Assembly (NCBI GenBank): GCA_902551855.1 | Contig: CACDER010000002.1 | Coordinates: 2,916-66,915 of the forward strand | Reading direction: 5' to 3' | Source of the DNA: an uncultured Cryomorphaceae bacterium | Lineage (GTDB): Bacteria > Bacteroidota > Bacteroidia > Flavobacteriales > UBA7430 | DNA length: 64,000 nucleotides | Shown: piece by piece, positions 10,061 through 20,248 of the stretch | Layout: each line of letters opens with the position of its first letter | How positions within the stretch are numbered: the first letter of the stretch is position 1 | The notes under the pieces: generated by a model | What the model was told of the DNA's origin: nothing | Databases searched by the model: none | What the model saw: the letters and a program-made list of their open reading frames with translations, nothing else | Position numbers and translations under genes: made by a program

Positions 10061-10741
10061 ATGTTTATTCCAATTGGGAGTATTGTAAACTTTTTCACTG
10101 TTTTAATAGGAAGTTTGATCGGTTTAAATTTTGGAAAACTTATAAATAAGAGAATTCAAAAATTAATTTTTAAACTAATTGGTATTTTTACCCTTTACAT
10201 AGGTTTTAAAATGTTGTTAAACTTCGATAATTTACCTATAATATTAATTAGTTTAATTGTTGGATATTTGTTTGGTGAAATAATTGATTTAGATTCAATA
10301 ATTAAATTTTATCTAAATAAAATTAAAGTTAATAATAATGAAGATATATCTGATGGTCTAATAAAATCATTTATTTTATTCTGTATTGGTTCAATGACAT
10401 TTATTGGTACGATAGAGGAAGGATTAAATAATAATAAGACAATCATATATACAAAAAGTTTGATGGATGGTATATCTTCTATTATCTTATCTTCAAGTAT
10501 GGGAAAAGGGGTATTAATTTCTTGTTTTCCTTTGATAATTTTTCAATCAATATTAACATATTTAGCATATTTTTTTGGTCCTAATATTGATTTAAATTTA
10601 ATTAATGAAATTTCCTCACTTGGAGGCATAATTATATTAATAACGGGAATAAATATATTAGGTTTGGCAAACCTAAATATAATTAATTTTTTACCATCAA
10701 TGATTTTTATTATTCCACTATATTTAAGTTTTCATCTTTAG
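10061..10741 (+). CDS. DUF554-like polytopic membrane protein
   Basis: 226 aa with about 6 TM segments. The N-terminus 'GSIVNFFTVLIGSLIG' is typical of DUF554. It starts immediately after the metK stop. Confidence 0.6.
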   Translation: MFIPIGSIVNFFTVLIGSLIGLNFGKLINKRIQKLIFKLIGIFTLYIGFKMLLNFDNLPIILISLIVGYLFGEIIDLDSIIKFYLNKIKVNNNEDISDGLIKSFILFCIGSMTFIGTIEEGLNNNKTIIYTKSLMDGISSIILSSSMGKGVLISCFPLIIFQSILTYLAYFFGPNIDLNLINEISSLGGIIILITGINILGLANLNIINFLPSMIFIIPLYLSFHL

Positions 10742-11864
10742 AAATAAATAAATCAGAGATAACTTTATTACTGAATAATTTTCCTTGATCAGTCAAACAA
10801 TAATTAATATTTTTTTTAATAACGTAATTAGCTTTTTGATATTTTTCAATTTGGTGATAAAAATGTTTTATATATTGTTTGGGAAATAACTTTACTAATT
10901 TAGTAATATTACATCCCCATGAAGTTCTCAAAGAAGTTAAAATATATTCATTATATAAATCTATGTTATCTAATATCTCAAAATCATAAATCAATTTATT
11001 GTTACTTAAATTTATTATGTAATTCTTAATATTAGATTTATTCCATTTTCTTTTTATACCATCAAAAGAATGTGCAGCAACTCCAATTCCAAAATATTTT
11101 TCTCCATTCCAATATGAACAATTATGTTTACTATACATTTTGTTTATACAAAAACTTGAAATTTCATAGTTTTCATAATCATACTTTTTCATTTCTTTCA
11201 ATAATATTTTAAATTGGTTAATTACATTGTCTTCAATTTTTTTTTCCATATTCTTTTTCTTCACAAGATTAAATAATAATGTATTTTTTTCAACTGTTAA
11301 TGAATATGATGATAAATGGACAAGATTAAATTTTTTAAATATTTCTAAATTTTTTTCCCATATTTTTGAATTAGAAGTAGGTAACCCATATATTAAGTCA
11401 ATAGAAATATTATTAAATCCTTGATCTTGTGATAATTGAATAGATTTTTTTGCTTGTACACCATTATGTACTCGTTTCATAAATTTTAGATCTTCATCGT
11501 CAAATGACTGAACACCAATACTCAACCTATTAATATTTAAACTTTTATAACTTTTTAGTTTTAAAATTGAAATATCATCAGGATTACATTCAATAGTAAT
11601 TTCTAAATTATTATTTAAAGCAAAATTTTTTGATAAAGAATTTAATATATTGTATAGACTGTTTTCATTTAAAATTGATGGTGTCCCTCCACCAAAGTAT
11701 ATTGTATCAATTTTAATATCACTGAATTCTGATTTTCTTAAATCTATCTCCTTAGTTAACGACTTTATATAATCTGATTCATATTTTAATGAAGTTATAA
11801 AATAGAAATCACAGTAGTTACAAGCTTTTTTACAAAACGGTATATGTATATATATCCCAGCCAC
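10710..11864 (-). CDS. hemW: radical SAM heme chaperone HemW / coproporphyrinogen-III-oxidase-like protein
   Basis: Radical-SAM 'IHIPFCKKACNYCDF' with a HemN_C-like C-terminal domain. It has a GTG start, and its 3' end overlaps the convergent DUF554 gene by 32 nt. Confidence 0.85.
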   Translation of the reverse strand: MAGIYIHIPFCKKACNYCDFYFITSLKYESDYIKSLTKEIDLRKSEFSDIKIDTIYFGGGTPSILNENSLYNILNSLSKNFALNNNLEITIECNPDDISILKLKSYKSLNINRLSIGVQSFDDEDLKFMKRVHNGVQAKKSIQLSQDQGFNNISIDLIYGLPTSNSKIWEKNLEIFKKFNLVHLSSYSLTVEKNTLLFNLVKKKNMEKKIEDNVINQFKILLKEMKKYDYENYEISSFCINKMYSKHNCSYWNGEKYFGIGVAAHSFDGIKRKWNKSNIKNYIINLSNNKLIYDFEILDNIDLYNEYILTSLRTSWGCNITKLVKLFPKQYIKHFYHQIEKYQKANYVIKKNINYCLTDQGKLFSNKVISDLFISKDENLNIVE

Positions 11865-13015
11865 TATGAAATTGGTATTTTAATCCTAAAAGTTGATCCT
11901 CTATTAATTTCTGATTCTAAAACTCTAACATCACCATTATGATATTCTTTGATAATTCTTTTTACAAATGATAAGCCTATGCCCCAACCCCTATTTTTAG
12001 TTGTATATCCAGGATTAAATACTTTATTAAATTCTGATAATTTGATACCTTTTCCGTCATCAATTATATCTATAAAAATAAAACTATTTTTAAAAAATAA
12101 TTTTAAATAAATCTTACCATTTTTTTCAATGGCATCAATTGAATTAGTAATTATATTTTCAATTGCCCATGCAAATAACTCTGAATTTATATGACAGTAA
12201 ACCTCATCTGTTGGCAGAGAAATAGTAAAATTTATTTTTGATGAACATCTTGCTTTCATATAGTGAAAAGATTTTTCAGTAATCTTTGAAATATTTTGTT
12301 TTTTTAAATCTGGTTTTGATCCTATTTTTGAGAACCTTTCAGTTATAACTTTTAATCTTTCTATATCTTTATTAATTTCATTTAATAAATCAAAGTTACT
12401 TGATTCAGACTTTAAAAGAGTTAACCAACCCATTAAGGATGAAATTGGAGTACCAAGTTGATGAGCAGCCTCTCTTGACATACCAACCCAAACCTTATTT
12501 TGTTCTGACTTTTTAGAAATTGAAAATACTATATAACCGTATAATATTAATAAAGAAACTAATAATAGTATTACATATGGCAAGTATTTTAATTGGATTA
12601 ATAAAATTGATTCTCCATAATATATTTTATTACTCTTTCCAGTCTCATAATTATATACAATTGGATCTTGTTTTTGTTTCATCCGAGCTAATTGATTTTG
12701 AAGATATTTTTTATTTTTTATTTTTTTTTGATTCAAGTTTTTATGATAGAGAATATTATCATTTTCATCAGTTAAAATTACTGGAATAGTTCTATTATTA
12801 TTAATTACCTCGAAAATAAAACTCATATTATTTTCTAGATTTTCAATTTTAGTAGTTTCTCTGGTAGCTGAAGCCCATATCTTAACTTTAACTTCTTCTT
12901 CTTGTTTTAAATCTCTGACTAATGAGTTAGTAAAAAATAAGATAGATATTCCAATAAAAATTGCAGCAATTAATAAAACTATCTTATTTCTGTTTCTAAT
13001 TTGAGTTGTCTTCAT
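11864..13015 (-). CDS. sensor histidine kinase (no cognate response regulator in window)
   Basis: Two TM helices flank a roughly 115-aa external segment. H-box 'EAAHQLGTPISSLMGW'; ATPase boxes 'NSIDAI', 'DDGKGI' and 'GWGIGLSFV'. Confidence 0.8.
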   Translation of the reverse strand: MKTTQIRNRNKIVLLIAAIFIGISILFFTNSLVRDLKQEEEVKVKIWASATRETTKIENLENNMSFIFEVINNNRTIPVILTDENDNILYHKNLNQKKIKNKKYLQNQLARMKQKQDPIVYNYETGKSNKIYYGESILLIQLKYLPYVILLLVSLLILYGYIVFSISKKSEQNKVWVGMSREAAHQLGTPISSLMGWLTLLKSESSNFDLLNEINKDIERLKVITERFSKIGSKPDLKKQNISKITEKSFHYMKARCSSKINFTISLPTDEVYCHINSELFAWAIENIITNSIDAIEKNGKIYLKLFFKNSFIFIDIIDDGKGIKLSEFNKVFNPGYTTKNRGWGIGLSFVKRIIKEYHNGDVRVLESEINRGSTFRIKIPIS

Positions 13016-13028
13016 AGTAAGAATATTA

Positions 13029-13739
13029 TCAAATAATATGTAATATATCTATTTCTTTTTTTGTTAAAGGTCGCCATGTTCCTCGTTTTAATTTATTTTT
13101 CGTTAATCCAGCAAAAAAAACTCTATCTAATTTTAATACTTTGTAATTTAAATATTCAAAAATTCTTCTTACAATTCTATTTTTTCCACTATGAATTTCA
13201 ATTCCTATTTGATTTTTAGATAGTCCATCTACATAAGAAACTTTATCAACTTTAATAATCCCATCATTTAATTTTATGCCATTTTTAATCTTATTTAAGT
13301 CATTTAATTTTAAGTTATTATTTAAAATAATATGATATATTTTTTTGATATTGCTTTTGGGATGGAGCAATTTTTTTGCAATTTCTCCGTTATTTGTAAA
13401 TAAAAGAAGACCAGTGGTATCTTTATCTAATCTCCCCACAGGATATATTCTCTCATTGCAAGAATTTTTAACTAAACTCATAACTGTTTTTCTGTTTTTT
13501 TCGTCATTCATAGTGGTTATAAAATTTTTTGGTTTATTTAACAAAATATATTTTTTTGATTCAGATTTTAAAATCATACCATTAAGCTTGACAATATCTT
13601 GATCTGATACCATATATGATAAATCTTTAATAATTTTATCGTTGATCTCAATTTGACCAGAAGTTACATATTGTTCAGCATTTCTTCTTGAACATACTCC
13701 AGCCTCTGAAATAAATTTATTAATTCTTTTTTTTGTCAT
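13029..13739 (-). CDS. rRNA pseudouridine synthase, RsuA/RluB/RluF family
   Basis: S4 domain 'RINKFISEAGVCSRRNAEQYV' plus the catalytic-Asp motif 'PVGRLDKDTTGLLLFTNNGE'. Confidence 0.85.
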   Translation of the reverse strand: MTKKRINKFISEAGVCSRRNAEQYVTSGQIEINDKIIKDLSYMVSDQDIVKLNGMILKSESKKYILLNKPKNFITTMNDEKNRKTVMSLVKNSCNERIYPVGRLDKDTTGLLLFTNNGEIAKKLLHPKSNIKKIYHIILNNNLKLNDLNKIKNGIKLNDGIIKVDKVSYVDGLSKNQIGIEIHSGKNRIVRRIFEYLNYKVLKLDRVFFAGLTKNKLKRGTWRPLTKKEIDILHII

Positions 13740-13851
13740 ATGATTGTAATTCAGTAATTTAAATTTAGTTTATTAAATTTATTATAAATATAATAATTGA
13801 TAATTATTATATTATTAAATATTAATTTGAAATATTTTTAAAAAATAAATT

Positions 13852-14295
13852 ATGTTACATACTAATAATGAGACATATTATATGAAAATTGCGCTCGAAG
13901 AAGCAAAAAAGGCATTTAATATTGGTGAAATTCCAGTTGGCGCTGTGATTGAAACCAAAGGTAAAATAATTGCTAAAGCTTACAACCAGTGTGAAACTTT
14001 AAATGATGTTACTGCCCACGCAGAAATGATTGCTTTCTCAATTGCTTCAGAGTATTTAGGCTCAAAAAATTTAAAAGATTGTAACTTATATGTTACACTA
14101 GAACCTTGTTCAATGTGCGCAGGAGCATCGTATTGGTCTAAACTAAATAAAATCACATATGGTGTTGCTTGTAAAAAAACTGGATTTACAAAAATATCAA
14201 AATCTTTAACTCATCCTAAAACTAAAATCGTAGGAAATATTTTAGAGAAAGATTGTTTGAATTTACTTAAAAAATTTTTTAAATCTAAGAGATAA
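13852..14295 (+). CDS. tadA: tRNA-specific adenosine deaminase-like nucleoside deaminase
   Basis: Zinc motifs 'HAEMIA' and 'PCSMCAGA'. 147 aa. The true start may be the internal ATG at 13882. Confidence 0.8.
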   Translation: MLHTNNETYYMKIALEEAKKAFNIGEIPVGAVIETKGKIIAKAYNQCETLNDVTAHAEMIAFSIASEYLGSKNLKDCNLYVTLEPCSMCAGASYWSKLNKITYGVACKKTGFTKISKSLTHPKTKIVGNILEKDCLNLLKKFFKSKR

Positions 14296-14296
14296 A

Positions 14297-14584
14297 TTAT
14301 TTAATTACTTTTGGAATTCTAAAATAATCAGAATCTTTTTCAGGGGCATTACTCAGTGCTTCTTCTTGTTTAATTTGATTTTTTACTATATCACTTCTCA
14401 AAACATTTCTTTCATCACTTAAATAAACTAAAGGTTCAATTTTTTCAGTATCAACAGTTTCTAATTTTCTAACAAAATTGAGCATTTTAACTAAATCAGA
14501 TTTCATTTTCTTTTTTGATTGAGAATCGAAAGATAATCTAGATAAATTAGCTAAATGATCAATTAAAATATTATCTACTTTCAT
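14297..14584 (-). CDS. gatC: Asp/Glu-tRNA amidotransferase subunit C
   Basis: 95 aa. 'IDHLANLSRLSF...' and '...TVDTEKIEPLVYLSDERNVLRSD' fit the GatC pattern. Confidence 0.75.
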   Translation of the reverse strand: MKVDNILIDHLANLSRLSFDSQSKKKMKSDLVKMLNFVRKLETVDTEKIEPLVYLSDERNVLRSDIVKNQIKQEEALSNAPEKDSDYFRIPKVIK

Positions 14585-14656
14585 AAATTTTTAGAAATTT
14601 AAATAAATTTATAAAACTTTTTTTATTAATATCAAATTTAATACTATTTTTAAAGC

Positions 14657-15625
14657 ATGGCAAGAATTTTAACAGGAATACAAAGCTCTGGTGTACCTCA
14701 CTTAGGAAACTTACTAGGAGCAATAGTTCCTGCTATTAAATTATCAAATCAGCCAGATAATACTTCCTTATTCTTCATTGCTGACTTGCATTCCATTACT
14801 TCAATAGTTGATCCAAATGTTCTTAAATATAATACTTATGCTACAGCTGCTGCATGGCTTTCTTTTGGATTTAATACAAGTAAAAATATATTTTACAGGC
14901 AATCTGATATCCCAGAAGTTACAGAATTAATGTGGTATTTAAATTGTTCAACTCCATATCCAATGTTAAAAAATGCTCATTCTTTTAAAGATAAAAGTAG
15001 TCAAATTCATAACGTAAATGCTGGATTATTTACTTATCCTGTTTTAATGGCTGCTGATATTCTTTTATATAATGCCGATTTTGTACCAGTAGGAAAAGAC
15101 CAAAAACAACATCTTGAAATGACTAGAGATATTGCTAAAACATTTAATAATAAATATGGAGATTTATTAAAAGAGCCAACACCTATTATCAATGAAAAAT
15201 TCATGCTTATACCTGGAACTGATGGAAAAAAAATGAGTAAATCCTACAATAATTCCATAAATATTTTTTTACCAAAAAAAGAATTAAAAAAACAAATAAT
15301 GTCTATTAAAACTGACTCTAAGTCAATTGAAGAGTCTAAAAATCCAGATAATTGTAATGTTTTTAAAATATATGAATTAATTAGCCCTAAAACAGATTCA
15401 ATAAAAATGAGAAAGGATTATATAAATGGTAATTATGGTTACGGACATGCAAAAGAAAAACTATTTAATCTTATAATCAACAAATATTCAAATGAAAGAA
15501 AATTATTCAGTCAGCTCATGAATGATAAAATTTTGATTGAAAATCAGCTTAAATCTGGAGCAAAAAAAGCAAGAAAAATTGCGCAAAACTTATTGAAAAA
15601 AATTAGAATTAAAATTGGGTATTAA
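14657..15625 (+). CDS. trpS: tryptophan--tRNA ligase
   Basis: Class I motifs 'GIQSSGVPHLGNLLG' and 'KMSKS'. 322 aa. Confidence 0.93.
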   Translation: MARILTGIQSSGVPHLGNLLGAIVPAIKLSNQPDNTSLFFIADLHSITSIVDPNVLKYNTYATAAAWLSFGFNTSKNIFYRQSDIPEVTELMWYLNCSTPYPMLKNAHSFKDKSSQIHNVNAGLFTYPVLMAADILLYNADFVPVGKDQKQHLEMTRDIAKTFNNKYGDLLKEPTPIINEKFMLIPGTDGKKMSKSYNNSINIFLPKKELKKQIMSIKTDSKSIEESKNPDNCNVFKIYELISPKTDSIKMRKDYINGNYGYGHAKEKLFNLIINKYSNERKLFSQLMNDKILIENQLKSGAKKARKIAQNLLKKIRIKIGY

Positions 15626-16854
15626 GATAATGCTTGCATTAAAATTGCACAAAACCATGCAGCATAAGTTCCAACTGCATAGCCAAATACAGCCAATAAT
15701 ACACCAACGGGGGCCAAAGAAGGATGAAATGCCGATGCTACGATAGGCGCTGAAGCTGCACCACCAATATTTGCCTGAGAACCAACTGCGACAAAGAAAA
15801 ATGGTGCTTTAATAATTTTAGCCGTCAAAAGAATAATTAATACATGAATTAACATCCAAACAAAACCTAAAAAAAATAATTCTATATTATAAAAAATTGC
15901 AAATGCATCCATTTTCATCCCTATTGTTGAAACTAAAATATATAGAAACAATGATCCTATTTTTGATGCTCCTGCTCCTTCATATTTTTTTATGGAAGAA
16001 AATGAAAAAACTAAGCCAAGAGATGTTGAGATTAAAATCAACCAGAAAAATTTACTCGTGAGGCTAAATTTTGATAAAAAATAATAGTTTTCAACCAGAA
16101 AAGGCACAATAGAATCAGCGATAAAATGAGCAAACCCTGTTGATCCAAATGCTATTCCAAAGATAATTACATAATCACTTAAATCTGGGATTTTAGACAA
16201 TTTTGATTGATAATTTTTTAATTTAACCTTTAAATCTTCAATCATACTTGAATCAGAATTAAAAAATTTATCAATTCTTTTATAATTTCCAGCGCCATAC
16301 AATAAAAAACCCATCCATATATTTGCAACTATGACATCAACTGTTATCATTGAACTAAAAAGGTAGTCTGAACAACTAAACATTTCTTTCATTGCAGTTT
16401 GATTAGCCCCTCCTCCAATCCAAGAACCAGCAATTGTTGCCATACCTCTCCATGTTTCATTCGATGAAAATTCAAAATAAGTCTCTGGTAAAAAAAAATA
16501 ACAAACTAAAATTGTCAAAGGGCCTCCAATTACTATTCCAAGTGTGCCTGATAAAAACATAATTAAAGCTTTAGGTCCAAGACTCAATATTCCTTTTAGA
16601 TCTATACTCAATGTTAAAAGTACAAGAGAAGCTGGCAATAAATACCTTGAAGCAACAAAATATAATTTAGAATTTTCACCCGAAATAATTCCAAATGAGT
16701 TAAAAACTGAAGGTAAGAAATAACATAGCAATAAAGAAGGACAAAACTTATAAAAAGTTTTCCAAAATTTTGAATCTAATGAAGATGTATAAAAAATACC
16801 AGCTAATAAAACTATTAGTAAGCCTAGAACTGACGCATCGTTGTTTATTGACAT
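15622..16854 (-). CDS. DUF819-like polytopic membrane protein (putative transporter)
   Basis: 410 aa with about 11-12 TM segments and no soluble domain. The family assignment is from recollection only. Confidence 0.5.
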   Translation of the reverse strand: MSINNDASVLGLLIVLLAGIFYTSSLDSKFWKTFYKFCPSLLLCYFLPSVFNSFGIISGENSKLYFVASRYLLPASLVLLTLSIDLKGILSLGPKALIMFLSGTLGIVIGGPLTILVCYFFLPETYFEFSSNETWRGMATIAGSWIGGGANQTAMKEMFSCSDYLFSSMITVDVIVANIWMGFLLYGAGNYKRIDKFFNSDSSMIEDLKVKLKNYQSKLSKIPDLSDYVIIFGIAFGSTGFAHFIADSIVPFLVENYYFLSKFSLTSKFFWLILISTSLGLVFSFSSIKKYEGAGASKIGSLFLYILVSTIGMKMDAFAIFYNIELFFLGFVWMLIHVLIILLTAKIIKAPFFFVAVGSQANIGGAASAPIVASAFHPSLAPVGVLLAVFGYAVGTYAAWFCAILMQALS

Positions 16855-16862
16855 TTTTTAGT

Positions 16863-17633
16863 TTATTTATTTATTAAAAATGAATGAACTAAGAAATAAA
16901 ATTCTGAGGGATTTTCAAAATGTATCCAATGAGATGAATTATTGACTTCAATTATATTTGAATTTGGAAAATGAAATTTAATTAATTCTAAATCATTTTT
17001 TTTAATATAGTCAGAATTTGCCCCTTTTAAAAATAAAGTTTGTTTAAAAAACTTCTGATCATTTGGTAAATTTGATGATATGTATTTGATATTTTTACTA
17101 ATTGAATTGATATTTAACTTAAGTTTAAACTGTTCATTGTATCTGATTAAATTTTTTAGTAAAAATTGTCTAATTTTCGTCTCAATATTAAACTTTTTCA
17201 ATCTTTCATCTGCTTGAATTCGAGAGGTAATATTTATTTTTTTTAAATCTATCAATGCATTAACTATATTTTCGTGTTGAGAATGATAATACTTAGGTGA
17301 AATATCAACAATAACTAATTTGTTTACAAATTCAGAATAATTTGTTGCAAAAAACATAGCAACTTTTCCCCCCATCGAATGACCAATAATATTAACATTT
17401 TTAATACTATGAAAATTTAAGTAATTATATATGTCTTCAGACATTAAATTATAATTGTGATCTTTATGATGAAATGAATCGCCATGATTTCTCAAATCGA
17501 CCAAGTGAGTTTGAAAATGCTTTGAAATTTCTTTACCAAAAAATAACCAATTTTGATGCATCCCAAATAATCCATGTAATATTATTAAAGGTTTACCATT
17601 TCCTAATATTTTTGAACTTAAAATTTTAGACAT
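16863..17633 (-). CDS. alpha/beta-fold hydrolase
   Basis: 'LIILHGLFG', the nucleophile elbow 'GHSMGG' and the C-terminal 'SSHWIHFENP'. It overlaps the pdxJ stop by 8 nt. Confidence 0.75.
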   Translation of the reverse strand: MSKILSSKILGNGKPLIILHGLFGMHQNWLFFGKEISKHFQTHLVDLRNHGDSFHHKDHNYNLMSEDIYNYLNFHSIKNVNIIGHSMGGKVAMFFATNYSEFVNKLVIVDISPKYYHSQHENIVNALIDLKKINITSRIQADERLKKFNIETKIRQFLLKNLIRYNEQFKLKLNINSISKNIKYISSNLPNDQKFFKQTLFLKGANSDYIKKNDLELIKFHFPNSNIIEVNNSSHWIHFENPSEFYFLVHSFLINK

Positions 17634-18342
17634 TCAACTTTGATAAGTACATTTTTATTGTCTTCTCCATTCCATAGTCTAAAGCGTCACAAATAATTGC
17701 ATGACCAATAGACACCTCTAATAAGCCTGGTAAATGACTAGAAAAATACTCAAGATTTTTTAAATTTAAATCATGACCTGCATTAACTCCAATAGAAATT
17801 TGTTTTGCGAAATTTGCAGCTTGAATATATTGTTTAATAGATTCTCTTTTGTTAAATGGATAATAATCAGCAAATGATTTTGTATAAAATTCAACCCTAT
17901 CAAAACCAATTTTTTTTGCTTCTTCAATCATTTTTATAGTGGGATTAACAAATATAGATGATCTAATATTGTTAATTGATAATTCATCAGAAACTTCTTT
18001 AAGAAATATTCTGTTTTTAATGACATCCCATCCATCATTTGAGGTTAATAATTCAGGTGAATCTGGAACTAAAGTTACTTGATTTGGCTTTATCTTTAAA
18101 AGTAAATTTATTAATTTTTTACTAGGATATCCTTCAACATTCAATTCGATATTTAATTTATTTTTCAATAAATCAATATCAGAATATTTGATGTGCCTCT
18201 CATCTGGTCTTGGATGAATTGTTATTCCATTTGCACCATAGGACTCAATTTTTTTAGCAAATTTTACTACATCAGGGTTATTTTCTCCTCTTGAGTTCCT
18301 TAAAGTTCCTATTTTATTAATGTTTACACTTAATTTAACCAT
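17626..18342 (-). CDS. pdxJ: pyridoxine 5'-phosphate synthase
   Basis: Motifs 'LSVNINKIGTLRNSRG', 'TIHPRPDERHI' and 'NAGHDL'. Confidence 0.9.
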   Translation of the reverse strand: MVKLSVNINKIGTLRNSRGENNPDVVKFAKKIESYGANGITIHPRPDERHIKYSDIDLLKNKLNIELNVEGYPSKKLINLLLKIKPNQVTLVPDSPELLTSNDGWDVIKNRIFLKEVSDELSINNIRSSIFVNPTIKMIEEAKKIGFDRVEFYTKSFADYYPFNKRESIKQYIQAANFAKQISIGVNAGHDLNLKNLEYFSSHLPGLLEVSIGHAIICDALDYGMEKTIKMYLSKLNV

Positions 18343-18431
18343 AATTAAATTGCAAATGTATTATAGTCTGGTTCAAAAATAATTTTTTAATTAATATTTT
18401 TGAAAAAATTTAAAAAAAAAAATAAAAATAT

Positions 18432-18439
18432 TAAGTTTG
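18432..18439 (+). promoter_or_regulatory. match to the Bacteroidota sigma-A -7 box consensus TAnnTTTG (TAAGTTTG)
   Basis: An exact consensus match 92 nt upstream of the nadK ATG. I found no well-spaced -33 TTTG. Chance occurrence is plausible in AT-rich DNA. Confidence 0.25.
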
Positions 18440-18530
18440 AATTGATAGTTTAGCATTAATTTAACATCACTAAATTTAAACTAATTTCTTATTAATTATA
18501 ACTATGTTAAAGTTTTTCAAATTTTAAATT

Positions 18531-19409
18531 ATGAAAGTAGCTGTATTCGGAAAAACATTTAAACCAGAAGTCTCAAAGTATATTCTTAAACTATTTGAAA
18601 CTTTGGAAAGAAATAACTTAGAAGTTTTAATTTATGAACCTTTTTATAATTTTTTATCTAAATCTGTCAAATTGAACTTATTTTTTGGAACATATAATTC
18701 TTATGAAGATTTACAACTTAATTTTGACTTTTTCATCAGTATTGGTGGTGATGGAACAATATTAGATGCTACTACATTTATTAGAGATATAGGAATTCCT
18801 ATAATTGGAGTTAATACTGGAAGATTAGGATTTTTAGCTGATACAGCTAAAGAAGATATTGATAATACAATTAAACAAATTATTAATAATCAATATAGAT
18901 TAGACGAAAGAACATTATTAAATTTAAATACTGATTATAAAATTTTCGATGATATTAATTTTGCATTAAATGAAGTAACAATATCAAGGAAAGACACAAC
19001 TTCTATGATTACTATTACAACTTATATCAATAATCAACTTTTAAATTCATATTGGGCAGATGGATTAATTATTTCTACGCCTACAGGATCTACTGGTTAC
19101 TCTTTAAGCTGTGGAGGCCCCATAGTTATGCCGGGATCGAATAATTTTATAATAACTCCTATAGCTCCTCATAATTTAAACGTTAGACCACTAGTTATTA
19201 GTGATGAGTACGAAATTAAAATTAAAGTAGAGGGAAGGTCTAAAAATTTTTTAGTGGCATTAGATTCAAGAATAAGAACTTTTAAATCTAATACTGAATT
19301 AATAATAAAAAAAGAAAAATTTAAAATCAAAATGATAGAAACTTTTACACAAGATTTCTCAAGTACACTCAGAAATAAATTACTTTGGGGACTTGATAAA
19401 AGAAATTAA
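18531..19409 (+). CDS. nadK: NAD kinase
   Basis: Motifs 'GGDGT' and 'NTGRLGFL'. 292 aa. Confidence 0.9.
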   Translation: MKVAVFGKTFKPEVSKYILKLFETLERNNLEVLIYEPFYNFLSKSVKLNLFFGTYNSYEDLQLNFDFFISIGGDGTILDATTFIRDIGIPIIGVNTGRLGFLADTAKEDIDNTIKQIINNQYRLDERTLLNLNTDYKIFDDINFALNEVTISRKDTTSMITITTYINNQLLNSYWADGLIISTPTGSTGYSLSCGGPIVMPGSNNFIITPIAPHNLNVRPLVISDEYEIKIKVEGRSKNFLVALDSRIRTFKSNTELIIKKEKFKIKMIETFTQDFSSTLRNKLLWGLDKRN

Positions 19410-19429
19410 AATATTACCTTAAAATTGAT

Positions 19430-20248
19430 ATGATTAGACTTGAAATTATTTTACTAAATTTTGCTTTTTTTTTAATTTTTTTCCCAACTGTAACCATTGC
19501 TCAAAAAAATGAAATTGGATTTTTTATTGGATCTTCAGGATATAAAGGTGATATTGGAAATCAAAAAATTGGATATATTTTTAAAAACCAATCTTTTTCA
19601 TCCGGTATTGTCTATAAAAATAATATAAATGAATATTTAAGTTTAAGATCTTCATTTAAATATGGAAAATTAAGTGCTAATGATTCTGAATCAGAAAACC
19701 TATCTATTCAGGAAAGAAATTTAAATTTTAAATCATTTATATACGATTTAAATATTGGTTTTGAATTCAATTTTTTTAAATTTAAATTCAGTTCTAGAAG
19801 AAAAATATCAACACCTTACTTGTATGGAGGGATATCTATTTTTAAATTCAATCCTATGGGAAGAAATTTTAATGGCGAATGGTTATATTTACAAACAATT
19901 AGTACTGAAGGTCAAAGTATAAATGAACAATATAAATTAATAAGTTGGTCATTACCTTTTGGCTTTGGATATAAAACTCAACTTAAAAATAAATTATCAA
20001 TGGCAATTGAATGGATTTGGCATAAAACTTATACAGATTACTTAGATGATGTAAGCTCATATTATCCAGAAGCTGAATTATTATCTCCAGAAGCCTATGA
20101 AATTAATTATCAAAATAATCAAATAATCACACCTGGAAAGAGTAGAGGTAATCCAAATAATAATGATTGGTTTAATTTTTTTGGAATTACATTTACCTAT
20201 AAAATCAAAAATAGGAGTATTAAATGTCCTAAAGAACTTTTATATTAA
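19430..20248 (+). CDS. DUF6089-like outer-membrane beta-barrel protein
   Basis: Has a signal peptide, an alternating aromatic/polar strand pattern and the terminal strand 'FFGITFTYKI'. It holds a conserved position between nadK and uppS. Confidence 0.5.
   Translation: MIRLEIILLNFAFFLIFFPTVTIAQKNEIGFFIGSSGYKGDIGNQKIGYIFKNQSFSSGIVYKNNINEYLSLRSSFKYGKLSANDSESENLSIQERNLNFKSFIYDLNIGFEFNFFKFKFSSRRKISTPYLYGGISIFKFNPMGRNFNGEWLYLQTISTEGQSINEQYKLISWSLPFGFGYKTQLKNKLSMAIEWIWHKTYTDYLDDVSSYYPEAELLSPEAYEINYQNNQIITPGKSRGNPNNNDWFNFFGITFTYKIKNRSIKCPKELLY

Noticed and set aside
18412-18422. An A11 homopolymer in the pdxJ/nadK divergent region, possibly a phase-variation tract.
   Set aside because: It is intergenic, homopolymers of this length are common throughout this AT-rich sequence, and there is no contingency-type gene nearby.
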